Of a DNA stretch of 64,000 bases, positions 1-12,642 are shown piece after piece. A program made the translations under genes and the position numbers. The notes below the pieces were generated by a model. It did not search any database, was not told the DNA's origin, and saw nothing but the letters and a program-made list of their open reading frames with translations. The stretch spans positions 27,652,001-27,716,000 of the forward strand of contig OX597828.1 of the NCBI GenBank assembly GCA_951406725.2, in the 5' to 3' direction. The DNA is from Octopus vulgaris. Lineage: Eukaryota. Each line of letters begins with the position of its first letter. The first letter of the stretch is position 1.

Positions 1-420
1 TGATTTGTAATTAATCACTATTGATGTCTGTTTTCTTTGGGGTTTTATTTTCCAAAACTTCTCACAACTTCACTAAATCCTTTAAGTTCTTCTGTATTTC
101 AAAGTGTTGTGTGTTCCAATAATTTCTATTCAGACTTCTGATGTCTACACAAGTGCATCTGCGTAATACCATAAGGTGCGGGTCAGATATTTTACATCAA
201 GATTATCCATTTTGTCATGTTTTTTTTTTGCTTTGTTTTTTTTTTCCCTTCCCCATTACTTAGTAAAGTAATATCATTACGAACATATATCAATTATATT
301 TTCAACTATTTCACTTTATGTGCTGGATTTTTCTTATTATAATGGCAAATATCAACCCCTTAGGCTTGCTTATAACATACACACAATTGCCCAGACTTAT
401 ACACCTTGATGTATTCGAAG

Positions 421-458
<38 letters not shown>

Positions 459-462
<4 letters not shown>

Positions 463-1003
463 CAGTCACCAGAGAAAACAAAGCAACTACCCCCAGCGAC
501 TTGCCTGACCTTTTATTGGACAAAAGCTACCTACCTGCCATTCTATTGGACACTGGCTAAACATCACTGCTGATATTTTTGTATACATAGACATCATAAA
601 TCGCTGTAAAAGCAGTTGGGTTTTTGGCACTCGAATGATGTAAATTGTGTCCCTCTCGCCTGACACGCTCACCACTCACGCCACCTCGAACCTTTGTACT
701 GCTATTTCACGCCTGAAATAAATCGCTGGATAAACTTACACCTCTTGTCTGCTCGTCCTTTCAACTACTGCTTTCGTCTGTCCAGGTTTGCTGATTACAA
801 CCACAGTCCTTTTCAGGGCTAATTCAAGTCTAATCTGAATGCGATAACAGTCCTTTTTAGGACTATTCTCAGACCTGATCTAATTATGATAACAGTCCTT
901 TTTATGACTATTCTTGGATCGGATCTAATTGCGATAACCGTCCTTTTAAGGGCTACCCTCAGATCAGACCAGAAGTAGGTGGCCAAGAATCCTACCCACT
1001 ACA
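459..1003 (+). mobile_element. Candidate solo LTR inserted in a (CA)n/(TA)n microsatellite
   Basis: Non-simple 545-bp block that starts TGTA (459) and ends TACA (1003), with simple repeat on both sides. It has two ATTGG (reverse CCAAT) motifs near 515 and 545, AATAAA at about 717 and an internal 45-bp tandem repeat. A TSD cannot be resolved inside the microsatellite. Confidence 0.5.
801..970. repeat. About 45-bp tandem repeat, about 4 diverged copies
   Basis: The motif c(a/c)gtcctttt recurs at 804, 848, 893 and 938, each followed by g(a/g)cta. Confidence 0.8.
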
Positions 1004-1279
1004 CATATATATTTAAAAACACACATTAAATTGCACAAACATGGCTACGTGGTTAAGAAGTTTGCTTTTGCAATCACATGGTTGCAGGTTCAGTACTTTG
1101 TGAGTCAGTTTGATAGACAGAAAGCATGTAGATGCCTATTGTGTATATATACATAACATATGGTATAATTATAAACAGGGCAAATTTTCAGCCATTTCTC
1201 TACTGATTGAAAAATTGGTGAACAACCTTAATCGATTTTTGAACTTTATTGAATTCTCATGTGTATGTGTGTATATCTC

Positions 1280-1659
1280 TCTATATATAAACGGCAGTTT
1301 GTCTGTGCGTGTTTCTGTGTGTCTGTTTGCTTGTACCCTCACCCTGACCACAGCTTTCAACCGATTCTGATGAAACTTGACACACACATAGCCCAATGTC
1401 ATAATTCAAAACTAACGCAGCGAAAATTTTGAAAAGTTCCCCTAGTTCTGAAAAAATCGATAAATTCGACATGGGGTCGAGAACCAGGAACACAAACCAC
1501 AAACTGTGTAGGGACGCAACTCCACCTTTTTTAACTATCAAAAAAAAATTTACCATAATTTTTTTCCAATTTTTTTGCTGTTTTTTGGCTATAACTCTCT
1601 AAAAATGCTTTATAGTTATTTCCCTTACAAACCTGAGCAACGCCGGGTGATACTGCTAG
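1280..1659 (+). mobile_element. Non-autonomous Helitron-type element
   Basis: 5' TC(TATATATAA), an internal GTCT/GTGT microsatellite, a 3' GC-rich hairpin-like motif cctgagcaacgccggg (1632-1647), then terminal CTAG followed by T. Confidence 0.75.
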
Positions 1660-1720
<61 letters not shown>

Positions 1721-1723
<3 letters not shown>

Positions 1724-2408
1724 GGAAACACCTAGCATCATAATTTTGAAATATCTATAAAACTGTCAAAAGCTTGTCTATTTTCATGTTTTTTGATTTA
1801 TTATATGTTTTGCTAAAATTGCTGTTTCTTTTCAGTTATCATCAGAAAAAGGTAATTAAAATTCATTAAAATGACAGATCTATCAGACTTTCAAAAAGGT
1901 CAAATTGTTGGTGCTTGTATGGCAGGTGCTAGCATAATGTAAACAGCCGAAATGTTTGGTATATCAAGAAGTACTGTCTCGAAAGTAATGACAGCCTTTA
2001 AGAAAGAGGGAAAAACCTCCTCATCGAAACAAAACTCCAGAAGAAAACCAAAACTTTCAGATAGGGACTGTCAGACTCTTACATGAATTGTTAGAAAGGA
2101 TCAAAAAATTACAGCTCCCAAAGTTACTGCAAAGTTTAATGACCACCTTGAGAACTCAGTTTCCACAAAAACTGTTCATTGGGAGCTGCACAAAGCCTGA
2201 TTTTACGGGAGGGCTGCAATCAGAAAACTACTACTTTTAAAAACAAATGTTGCAAAGCATTTTAGAGCAGTGGAAGAATGTTATTTTCTTGGATGAGTCA
2301 TCCTTTACCTTATTTCCAAACACCAGCTGAGTATACGTTTGGAGACAGCCAAAAGAAGCATTTGACCCAGACTGCCTTCTTCCAACTGTTAAACATGAAG
2401 GAGGATCT
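1721..2408 (+). pseudogene. Decayed Tc1-family transposase (HTH region plus start of the DDE domain)
   Basis: From ATG 1871 it reads MTDLSDFQKGQIVGACMAGAS..AEMFGISRSTVSKV...VSTKTVHWELHK..FYGRAAIRK and, after a deletion, EQWKNVIFLDESSFTLF...VWRQPKEAFDPDCLLPTVKHEGGS. These are Tc1 hallmarks, with several in-frame stops. Confidence 0.9.
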
Positions 2409-2566
2409 AGCATAACGTAAACAGCCGAAATGTTTTGTGTGTCAACAAGTACCATCTCGAAAGTAATGACAACCTTTGAGAAAGAGGGGAAAAACCTCCT
2501 CTTCCAAACAAAACTCCAGAAGAAAACCAAAACTTGCAGATAGGGGCCGTCGGACTCTTACGCGAA
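2407..2566 (+). mobile_element. Second diverged copy of the Tc1 HTH-coding segment
   Basis: ctagcataacgtaaacagccgaaatg...gactcttacgcgaa aligns to about 1929-2087 with scattered substitutions. Confidence 0.8.
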
Positions 2567-3076
2567 ATGTATTTCAAAGGGGCCAGCCTTGTCACACACT
2601 GTGTCACGCTGAATCTCCCCGAGAACTACGTTAACGGTACATGTGTCTGTGGTGTTGGTTTGTCTGTGTCCCTTAGTGGTTTGGCAAAAGTGATCAATGG
2701 AATAAATATTAGACTTTAAAAAAAATAGATGCTTGGGTTGATTGTTTGATTAAACCCTTTAATGCAGTGCTCCAGTCTGGCTGCAGTCCAATGACTGAAA
2801 CTAGTAAAAGGTAAGTCTGTACATATGTATATACATGTGTGTCTGTATATGTATGCATCATATGCCTTACACTATTGTCCTCTCAGTTTTCTAGCAAACT
2901 GTGTCCGAGAAACTCAATCTTTAGAATAAGCTGGGGCTAAATAAACAACAAGCATTCTGTCCACTTGTCTGCTTGCCTTTATCCCTTACAAGTGTCCATT
3001 GAACTCAGACAGCCTGAGGTTACCAAGGTAACAGCAGATAGTAATCTCTTGAAGAGATATTTGTTAGCTTTCCTTT

Positions 3077-3115
<39 letters not shown>

Positions 3116-3782
3116 TATTGCTGTTGCTGTTGTTCTTCTTCTCTCTTGCTCAGTTCAGCTCTCAAAGTTTCGTTTTTTCCTTTCTATTATTTACCAAAAC
3201 TAGATTGGATAAATTCTCCATGTTTTCTATCCATTTCTTATCTTCTGTCTCCCTTGTTTCTTTGCTTTTCCATTCAGCCGCTCTTTGCCATGCTTTTACC
3301 ATTCTTGTTTTCCTTATAACCCATCCATCTACTGCAATTTCTCCTCTCCCACCCTTTTTTTTTAAATACATCTTTTCCTTCCCCCCTCTCTCTCTTCTTC
3401 TTCTCTCTCTTCCTCTCTGTTTTCTCATCTTCTCAACCATCTACTCAATTCCATTCACAGTCTACATCATCATCATCATCATCATCATCAGTCTTCCTGG
3501 TACTATTCATGGGCCACACTTTCCTCCTCTTTCCCCTACTTCCATCTCCCCATACTCTCCTCTTCTCTGTCTAGTTTATTTTCCCATTCATTTATCTCTC
3601 AATTTATTTTTCTAGTTTTTAATTTATTTTTCTGTTATTTTTTTTTAACTCATTTATTTTTCAGTCCGTATTTTATTTATTATTACCCTTTCATATTTTA
3701 CTAGATATATATTTTTTTCTTCTCATTTCCCTTTCTACTTTGATATTATTTTCCAAATACCCCCAACAACACACACACAAAC

Positions 3783-3844
<62 letters not shown>

Positions 3845-4321
3845 CACTCATACACTTCCTGCTCTTCATTTCACTTCTACTTATATTACTGTTCCATCAT
3901 CATCATCATCATCATCATCACCACCAGTTACCATGCCTTTTTGTTTTGTTTTGTGTTTATTTGTTTGTTTGTTTTTTCTCCATTTCTTTGCATTTCACCT
4001 TGTTTCTTCTTGCCAAGATTAGTAGTTATCTCCCTTTTCCCCTATTTCTATAATTTGATCTTTGAAGGATTTCAAAAGCCATTCATGTGTATCCAAACTC
4101 TTCCTTTTTCCCCCACCGCACTGCTCCTCCTCTTCCTTCCCTGCTGTCAATGGTTATTAATGCATGTTTTATCAGCCTACTGATATAGAAGCTGCCTTAT
4201 CTCCATCAGCCCAGAAAAGGATATTTCATTTCATTATTTACCCTGAAGATTTAAAAACACACACATATATATACATACATACATATATACATACATATAT
4301 GTACATACACTTATACATACA

Positions 4322-4363
<42 letters not shown>

Positions 4364-5124
4364 CATATATATATATATATATATACATACATATATATAT
4401 ATATATATATACATACATATATATATATATATGCAACAAAGTATAACATTTTTCTTAAATATTTTTGTTTTTGCTTAGAAGGAGAAAAAATGGCAATAAT
4501 GTTCTGTTGTATTGTTAATGATTGTTTTGATTTTTTTTTGTTTTTATTTGCTTTTATTTGCTTTGTTGTTGTTGTTGTTGTTAATCTCTGTTTGTGGACA
4601 TGTTGTTGCTGTGCTTAAGTTTAAAAGTTTTTCCCAGCTGACCTCTGCAGACCATCCTATTTACATACTAAATGCTCAATCTTTTTCTCAGAACTTACAA
4701 GCCATTCCACTCTGTTGCTCAGCGTCTTTTTTGCTTTATTCTTCACCATCTCTGACAGGATGAACTAATCTTCTCCATTACAATATACACTTACACGTAT
4801 CTATATTTACAGAGTGATAAATAACTTTTGATTCACTCAAATAAGCAAACTGCTTCGTCTGAGCATGGGAACAAAAAAAAACTCTACGTCTGTTTGTCAT
4901 GTGTTCTGTGTGCATCTGTGTGTAGCTATGTAGATACATGATATATATATGTGTATGTATGTATGTATATGTATATATAGATGGCATCGTGGCTGTGTGC
5001 TTAAGATGCTTGCTTTGCAACCACATGGTTTCAGGTACAGTCCCATTGCATAGCACCTTGGGACAGTGTCTTCTACAAGTCATAGAGGGAAACTGTGGGA
5101 AAGCTTGTTTTATATATACATACA

Positions 5125-5160
<36 letters not shown>

Positions 5161-5304
5161 TATGTCTGTGTGTGTGTATATATATATATACTCATCCAAG
5201 ATACAAACAAGTACTGACATCCCATGTGACAAGCGTGATAATTGATGAGAATTCACAGCATGAAACCAATAATAGCCTTGTTAACCAAGATATATATATA
5301 AATA

Positions 5305-5347
<43 letters not shown>

Positions 5348-5356
5348 TAACACATG

Positions 5357-5392
<36 letters not shown>

Positions 5393-5409
5393 TATGTATA
5401 TACATACCT

Positions 5410-5458
<49 letters not shown>

Positions 5459-5478
5459 TATACACATATGTATGTATG

Positions 5479-5518
<40 letters not shown>

Positions 5519-5537
5519 TATGTATATGTACATACCT

Positions 5538-5576
<39 letters not shown>

Positions 5577-6326
5577 TATGTATATGTACATACCTATACA
5601 TATATATATATATATGCACATATACATATGTATATGTACATACCTACATATATATGTATATATACATGCATATATGGGCACAGGACATCAAAAAAATGTG
5701 AAGAAAATGAAAAACGAGAACCTAAAAAAACAACAAAAACATGGAAAATGAACTTTTTTTGGACAACGAAAGAAACAAATAGAGAAACAAGACAGGCAAC
5801 ATAACGAACAATCCCTTCATCAGTTGTCCCCTGTTTTATCTATTCCGCATTTCAAGTTGTTGCCGTTTTTTTTTTTTTTAATTTAGAGGATATAAAATTC
5901 TGCTGTCTCTCACTGATTTCTCTTCTTCAACTTCTGCTGAATTTCTAAGTTGTGGGGTCCTAAATCTGGTGCTTATTCTATAAATACCAGATTTGAAAAT
6001 AAGACTGGTGTCAATCTGTTCAACCCTTCAAGACAGTGCTCCAGCATGGCCACAATCCTTTGACTGAAACAAATAAAAGATAAATAACAGACATTTAAAA
6101 ATTTTTTCCAAAACCATGCAGCCAAGAACATAAGAAGTTAGTCTTGCAATCACAACGTCCTACATTTGATTCCCCCTTCTGGCACCTTGGGTAAATGTCT
6201 TTTACTACAGCCTTGGATCAACTCAAACCTTTGTAGGGAAATTAGAGTAGATGAAAGCCTGCCCCATGGATCATACTGTAAGGAAAAGGTCCAGGTTTGT
6301 TGCATGCTGTATCATCATAAGGATAG

Positions 6327-6534
6327 ACTCTTTTGCATTCTGACATTTTTCTCTCAAATGTAATACTAATTTGTTCACTTTGTTTTCAATTAATCATGCA
6401 TTATCTTGTACCCTCAAGATTTCAATGATGTGACATTGTAGGGTATGTGTGAGAGGCAAGATATGGCCAGTTTGAAAATAAAACAAGTAGAATATTTTGG
6501 CAGGATTTGGCTAGTTTAAATGCTAAAGGTTTAA
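6327..6534. mobile_element. TTAA-type (piggyBac-like) MITE, degraded copy
   Basis: Same internal sequence as 6930-7148; ends aatgctaaaggtttaa. Confidence 0.6.
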
Positions 6535-6838
6535 GATTAATTCAGTGAGCTGGCCATTAGTCGATAACAAGTTGACTTGCTTTTTCTTTTCTAGCGTTTC
6601 CATGAGTGGAGAGGTGGTAAATGTAGTTGAAGCTAGGCACTTGCTTCTGGAAACTGCACAGGCACAGCAGAAATGGTTAAGTTACTGTCTCTGCCATATG
6701 GCTGACCATTGGAAAAAGAGAAAAAGCCAACCATAGATTAGACCAATGTGTTGTATATCCTATCGTGTCATCGATCTTTTTGATATTTCTTTTCTGTGAA
6801 CACGTAATAAGTACCTAATTTTACCACCTCTCCCGCCT

Positions 6839-6895
<57 letters not shown>

Positions 6896-6929
6896 TACAT
6901 ATACCTTTGTCATCCTCTTCAGGGTCACT

Positions 6930-7148
6930 TTAACCCTTTAAGCATTCAGATTACTCTGTTAAGTATTATGTTTATTTATCCACATTACTTTGAATTAATC
7001 ATGCCTTATCCCATAGCATCAAGATTTCAATGATGTGATTGGAATGACATTGTAAGGTTGGTGTGAGAGGCCAAATCTAGCCAGTTTCAACATAAAACAG
7101 GTATAATATTTGGGCTAAATGTGGCCAGTTCATATGCTAAAGGATTAA
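6930..7148. mobile_element. TTAA-type (piggyBac-like) MITE
   Basis: TTAA-CCCTTTA(A)GCAT ... ATGCTAAAGGA-TTAA gives short TIRs with a TTAA duplication. Four copies occur in the window. Confidence 0.75.
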
Positions 7149-7399
7149 AACAGGGACAGTAGACATTTGCCGTTTGCCTTTCCCAGAGAGCTCCATGCGC
7201 CTGAGGACCCAAAGATAATGCTATGGTCAAGTATATAGTAGACAGCAGTAGAGAAAGGTTATAGCGCTGCTAAGATGTCCTTGGTCCTTTTCCTTACCGA
7301 CCCTTTTATAACACCAAGCATGTATATTTTTTTTTTTTGCTTTTTTTTTATCCAGCCTTCATTGTTCATTTATATTACAAGCTGATGCCAGCACAGTAG

Positions 7400-7798
7400 T
7401 TTTCTCTCTTTGCACTTCAGTCGATGTCTTTTAAAGCCGAACCTCTCTCTCTCTTTCAGTTGAATTACATTCTTCCTTTCATGCTGGTTAATATTACACA
7501 TCAAAAGGATTAAGCTTTTTCTTCTCATTTATCTCATGAACCCTCAGTACTTCCTTCCATATTCCATGCCCATGTCTCCCGTACTCAACTACATCACATT
7601 TTGTACATATAACTACTCCGTACAGTCTACTTTTGGTATTGAAGAAAGAAAACCCTTTATTACCAACAGAGCAACAATTCTTTGAACTTTTCCAAACCTT
7701 TTTTTACTTACTCTCATGTCTATTCTTCTGCTACAGCCACCCACCACCACCACCCCTGTCCAATACTAAACACATCACCTAGGTAACAGAAACTATCA
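7400..7798 (-). mobile_element. Old RTE-clade LINE fragment (post-RT region)
   Basis: The minus strand reads DSFCYLGD..GGCSR..KFKELL..SRLY..ETW with frameshifts. It is homologous to the region encoded at 63776-64000. Confidence 0.7.
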
Positions 7799-7878
7799 GA
7801 AGAGAAATAATAATAACATTATGGTTGCAGGTGAAGATGATGATGGTGATAATAATAACAATAATAATAATAATAATA

Positions 7879-8020
7879 AGATAGTGTTCATGGGAACTGC
7901 TCATATCCTACGCAAAATACTTTCTATGTAATCTCAAGTTTTAAAACAAACATTTAAAAAAAAATTTTTTTAGGCATTCACTAGTACAACACTAAATACA
8001 AAACCAAATATATGGCACAC
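7879..8020 (+). mobile_element. R4/Dong-clade non-LTR retrotransposon 3' end beside (TAA)n
   Basis: IVFMGTAHILRKILSM* directly follows an (AAT)n run. GTAHILRK is the characteristic C-terminus of R4/Dong-type RLE elements. Confidence 0.7.
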
Positions 8021-8122
8021 CTCAAATGGTGATATTTTATTTGATTATTTTTCTTTGGTGTGGATATTTGACTTAACCAGTTCCAGTCTAACACTATGTC
8101 ACCATGAAAAGTGGACATTAGA

Positions 8123-8156
<34 letters not shown>

Positions 8157-10605
8157 GGTGGTGGTGGTGGTGGTGGTGGTGGTGGCAGTTGTGGCGACGG
8201 TGGCTGTTGTTGTTGTTGTTGTTGTTGTTGTTATATGGAATTTGGTACCTCCTTATTTAGTTCTCAGTCAGGTGACAAAAGCTGGCAGAATCAGTTCCAG
8301 AGAAAATGCTTAGTGACATTTCTTCTGGCTCTTTATGTTCTCAGTTCAAATTCTGCCGAGGTGGACTTTGCCTTTCATCCTTTCAGAATCAATAAAATCA
8401 CTACCAGTTGAGCATTAGGGTTTAAAATAATTGATTAGCCTCTCCCCACAAATTTCAGGCCTTGTACCCATTGTAGATAGAATTGCTTTTATTAAGGCAC
8501 CAGGCTAGCAGAATCTTTACATTGGCAGATAAAAAGCTTAACTTCCAACACTTTATGTTTTGTGTTCAAATACTGATGAGGTCAACTTTGCCTTTCTCTT
8601 TTCAGGGTCAACAAAGTATGTAGCAGTTGAGCTCTGGGGTCAATGTAATCTATTTCCCTGCTTCCCTCAAAATTGCTGGCATTGTGTCAAAATTAGAAAA
8701 AAAATTATTTAATTCTCAGTGTTTTGGCATAATTTCAGATTTGAACTCGTGACCTCTATTCTACTGGATTTTACTTGTAAACTAATTATTTAGTTTATTT
8801 TGGAATACTTCGACAACTTTACTACCCTGCTTATTCATAGCATTGTTTTGCTGCATTTTTGTTTTTCAATTTTTTAGTATAGTTTTTGCATAATTTTATC
8901 CAGCTTTGTTTAGTATTAATGCCAAGTTTTTCGGGAGTTTTTTTTTTCCTGCTATCTTTGTCCCTGAAGCACTAAGAAGCATTTTCACTGCTTCTTTCAT
9001 TAATTCCTAAGTAGTTCTATTTTCCAGCCTCATTAGAACCTTATTAGCTTTTAGCCTTTTAATAATTAACTTTTTTTATTTTTACATTTTAATTCAAGAT
9101 CAGATATTCATAAAAAAAAATTTTTTTTTTTTCATTAATTGTAACTGTTTACAATTAAAGTGAAAAATTCTGAACACTCATCCACGTGTTGGCTTGTAAA
9201 TGCTTTGGGTATCTTTGCAGGGTCTCATTAACCTTGAATAATGGGGTGGGGAACTGTTCAATGCTCTCACTCGTCAGCAATTTTATAAAAAAAAAATTGC
9301 AATTTCTAGAGATCATTGTTCTCTTTGTTTAAATATAAAGCAATACTTTTTTTTTTCTAATTCTAAACACTAGAAATTTATATCTAAAACATTTTGCAGA
9401 TCTCATTATTGCAAGATTAACCAAGTTATTTTGAAAATTTGTTTAAGTTTCAAAAATATTTATTATTATAATTTTTTAATTCAAAGTATGAAAACATTTT
9501 TTTTCTTTTCTTTATTGTTTTTTCTCGTTTCACTCTGACAAAATTTATTCAAGAACTAATCTTTTCTACATTTGAAGTTCACATGGTTTCTTAGAAAATG
9601 CTGTGTTTCAATTCTCAAACCCAAGATTCAAATTTTTCTTCTTTTAAACATAACAATAGAGTTGATGTAACATTGATGGAATATATTTTCCCAATTTTAT
9701 TTTGGTATGGAACTTAAAAGTAACGAAGTGCTTAATTCTTACTAGTTTTTCATTCCAGTATATGATCATCATCAACTCATCATCATTCTTACACTTGCCT
9801 TTCAATTTCTCAATGGGTTGGATGGGTTTTCAATTTGATATATTTGTTTGTATAACAAAAGAAATTAATGCTGTGGGTTTGCAGTTCAATCTCATTTCAT
9901 GGTACTTGGAATGTCTTTTTCCAGTTTTTTGCCAATCTAAACCTTGTGAGTGAAATTAGGATGATGGAAGCTGAGTGGAAGCCTCTGTGGAGGATTTGAA
10001 CTGTAATTTGAGTTCTCTAGAAATGTGTACTCTTAAATTCTTTTTTTGAAGAATATGTTAAGGGTACACTTATCTAGGGTTACTCAGTCACTTAAATGCT
10101 AATTCATTGAGAAATAAGTCGATCCAACAACTGAAAAAATCATGACTGAAACATCCATCAAGAGCCATCCATCTTCTCCATCAACAATTCTTTGGAGGGT
10201 CATGAGTGGTAGAGTCTCCAGGCACCTCTTCCATAGAGCCCCATTAGAAACAAGCATCATTAGACTCTTTTATTATTTATGTTAAGAACATTCATACTAC
10301 AGTATATTCACACTGAGATCCCCTTTGAAAGTGTGTCGAGCACAATAAATTCCTATTTCCTATCTTCCCAAAACCTAACCACATGATTGTGGGTTCAGTC
10401 TCACTGTGTGGTACCTTAGGCAAGTGACTTCCACTATTATCTTGGACTAACCAAGCCTTGGGAGTGGATTTGGTAGACAAAAACCAAAAGCAGTCTGAGA
10501 AAGTTGAGAAATGTTTAGATGTAATTAAAAGTTTGGAGAGCAAAAATGAGAAGACCAGTACAGAAATGTATTCATAGAATATAGTACAAAACAAAACATT
10601 TTAGT

Positions 10606-10818
10606 TTATAAGGTTTTTCTAAGAATGTGGGCAGTACATGTCAACTCAATATTTTGAGTTTCTGTGAGAGATGGGTCTCCTGGGATGTTACAAAGATGTT
10701 TCTAGCATCTCTTTTTTATTACGCCAATGGCACCTACAATAACAGGAACAATTTTCACATTAAAATGCCACACCTTTTGTATTTCAGTTTTTAGATTCTT
10801 ATACTTATTGAGCTTGTC
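10606..10818 (-). mobile_element. R4/Dong-clade RLE-domain fragment
   Basis: The minus strand reads DKLNKYKNLKTEIQKVWHFNVKIVPVIVGAIGVIKKDA/KHLCNIPGDPSLTETQNIELTCTAHILRKTL* (KxxKY, PVIVGAxG and TAHILRK motifs). The truncated 5' end abuts (AAT)n. Confidence 0.8.
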
Positions 10819-10850
10819 TTTATTATTATTCTTTTTATTTTATTTTGTAG

Positions 10851-10928
10851 GTAAGTGAAACTCCCTATGATTCCTTCCCAAAATTTATTGAAAGAGTTTT
10901 GGCAAAGTTTCTTGAAACCCACCGGGAT
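10851..10928 (+). CDS. Candidate 78-nt phase 0/0 exon (VSETPYDSFPKFIERVLAKFLETHRD), unidentified gene
   Basis: T-rich acceptor ending ttttgtag, an open frame, a length divisible by 3 and a perfect GTAAGT donor at 10929. The exon itself also begins with GTAAGT. Confidence 0.4.
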
Positions 10929-11832
10929 GTAAGTATTTGGAATTCAAATTGGTGAAGCATCTTTTGGTAGTGGGGAAACTAATTGAAGCAATCATATTTA
11001 TAACTTTCTGCTAAAAATATACATAATTTTTTTTTTTAAAATAACAAGAATAATGATCAAAAAAATAATGAGAAAAATTCATTTTTTGTATTTTTTTTTT
11101 ATTAATGAAGAAGCTGCAAGTACCTGGCATTGCTTTGGTTCGAATGCTTAAGCAAATCACAGCAATGATATGAAAAATATTTTAGTGTCCTTTTATTTTG
11201 AATTTGACTTTTTTTATGATTAAAAATGTCTAAGGCACAAATATGGCTGTGTGGTTAAGAAGGTTGCTTCTTAAGTATTTGACTTCAGGTTTAAGTTCAC
11301 TGTGAGGCACATTGAGCAAATGTCTTCTACTATAGCCCCAAGCCAATCAATGTCTTGTGAGTAGATTTGGGTGATTGAAACTGCCCACGATATGCGTGTG
11401 TATATATATATATATATATATATGCATGTGTATATATGTGTGTGTGTGTGCGTGTGTTTGTATGTACCTATGACTTGACATCAAATGATAGTTGCAAGGT
11501 AACATCATTGTCATGCATGTTATATTGTTTTCTTTCCTATCTTCTGTGCAAATATGCCTGGATGTTTTGGTAGACAGAAACTGAAAGATGCCTGTTGGTG
11601 TGTGTGTGTGGATGGATGGATGCATGCACATTCGTACATCTGCATATTTGTATACACCATCCTAAAACCAGTCAGCTTTGGGTTGTGATATTGCTGTCCT
11701 TTTCCCAGTCAATGGGTCATCCATTAGCTTCGCACCTTTGAAAACAGAATAAGAAATAACCTGACTTGACAAACAGTTATGGGTTGGCACCAACGGGGGC
11801 ATCTGACTGTAAAACAATGCTTCACCAATATA

Positions 11833-12065
11833 TATTTCTTTACTACCCACAAGGGGCTAAACACAGAGGAAACAAACAAGGACAGACAAAGGGATTAAGT
11901 CGATTACATCGACCCCAGTGCGTAACTGGTACTTAATTTATCGACCCCGAAAGGATGAAAGGCAAAGTGGACCTCGGCGGAATTTGAACTCGGAACGTAA
12001 CGGCAGATGAAATACGGCTACGCATTTCGCCCGGTGTGCTAACGGTTCTGCCAGCTCGCCGCCTT
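11833..12065 (-). mobile_element. SINE family B, full length
   Basis: Near-identical reverse complement of 22177-22413, with an imperfect TSD tca(c/t)caatatat. Confidence 0.85.
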
Positions 12066-12602
12066 CATCAATATATTCAACTAAACCATGTTAGCCATGT
12101 AAAAACAGGTGTCAAAACAAATAAATAATATTTAAAAAGTGCAAAAGTATTTTAGTATTAACAGCCATTGATATAAATATGAAATAATGTTGCTGTATGA
12201 AGTCAGTTGTTGATGCTAATCCTCTGCAATGTTTTCAGCTGTTGATACAAAAATTTCTTTTCAAAACTTAGAGCTACTATAACCTAAATGGCTACAAGTT
12301 TAACTTTTGGATATTTTTAAATTTAAGAAAATAATTATTCTATCATCAACTTTAACATTTTTAGATTCTAGCATGGGTCAGCTGGAATTTGTTGAGGCAA
12401 ATTCTTTATGGCTGGATGATGTTTCTGTTATCAACCCTCACCTCTTCCTTAGGCAAGGCAATATGTCCCCCATGCCCAAGTGAGTTTCACACAGAAGACT
12501 GGAAACAAACAACCTTGCTTGTATGACAGTGATGCTCGTTTACAACAACCATGTGATGTCTAAACAAGAGTACACACAAACGCATACACACGCATGCACA
12601 AA

Positions 12603-12642
<40 letters not shown>

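Noticed and set aside
801-970. CRISPR-like spaced repeats
   Set aside because: Whole 45-bp units are homologous, there are no unique spacers or cas genes, and the context is eukaryotic.
1367-1376. CTGATGAAAC as a hammerhead core (also ctgatgag at about 8573)
   Set aside because: No stem II. These are parts of a Helitron-type element and a mutated SINE B.
4938-5804. Long YI/HT/CV-rich ORFs here and at about 17476-18045, 39103-39474, 43047-43591 and 49974-50711
   Set aside because: Translations of TA/CA/TG microsatellites, which lack stop codons.
6595-6736. Exon after a strong acceptor (VSMSGEVVNVVEARHLLLETAQAQQKW)
   Set aside because: The donor and frame are ambiguous and I recognise no homology, so support is insufficient.
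8700-9700. A-rich minus strand with coding-like patches
   Set aside because: Many stops and no identifiable motif, so it cannot be called a pseudogene by eye.
10851-10928. Assigning the peptide to PSME4 or an RGS domain
   Set aside because: Only short motif resemblance (PYD..THxD, DSFPxF) with the wrong spacing.
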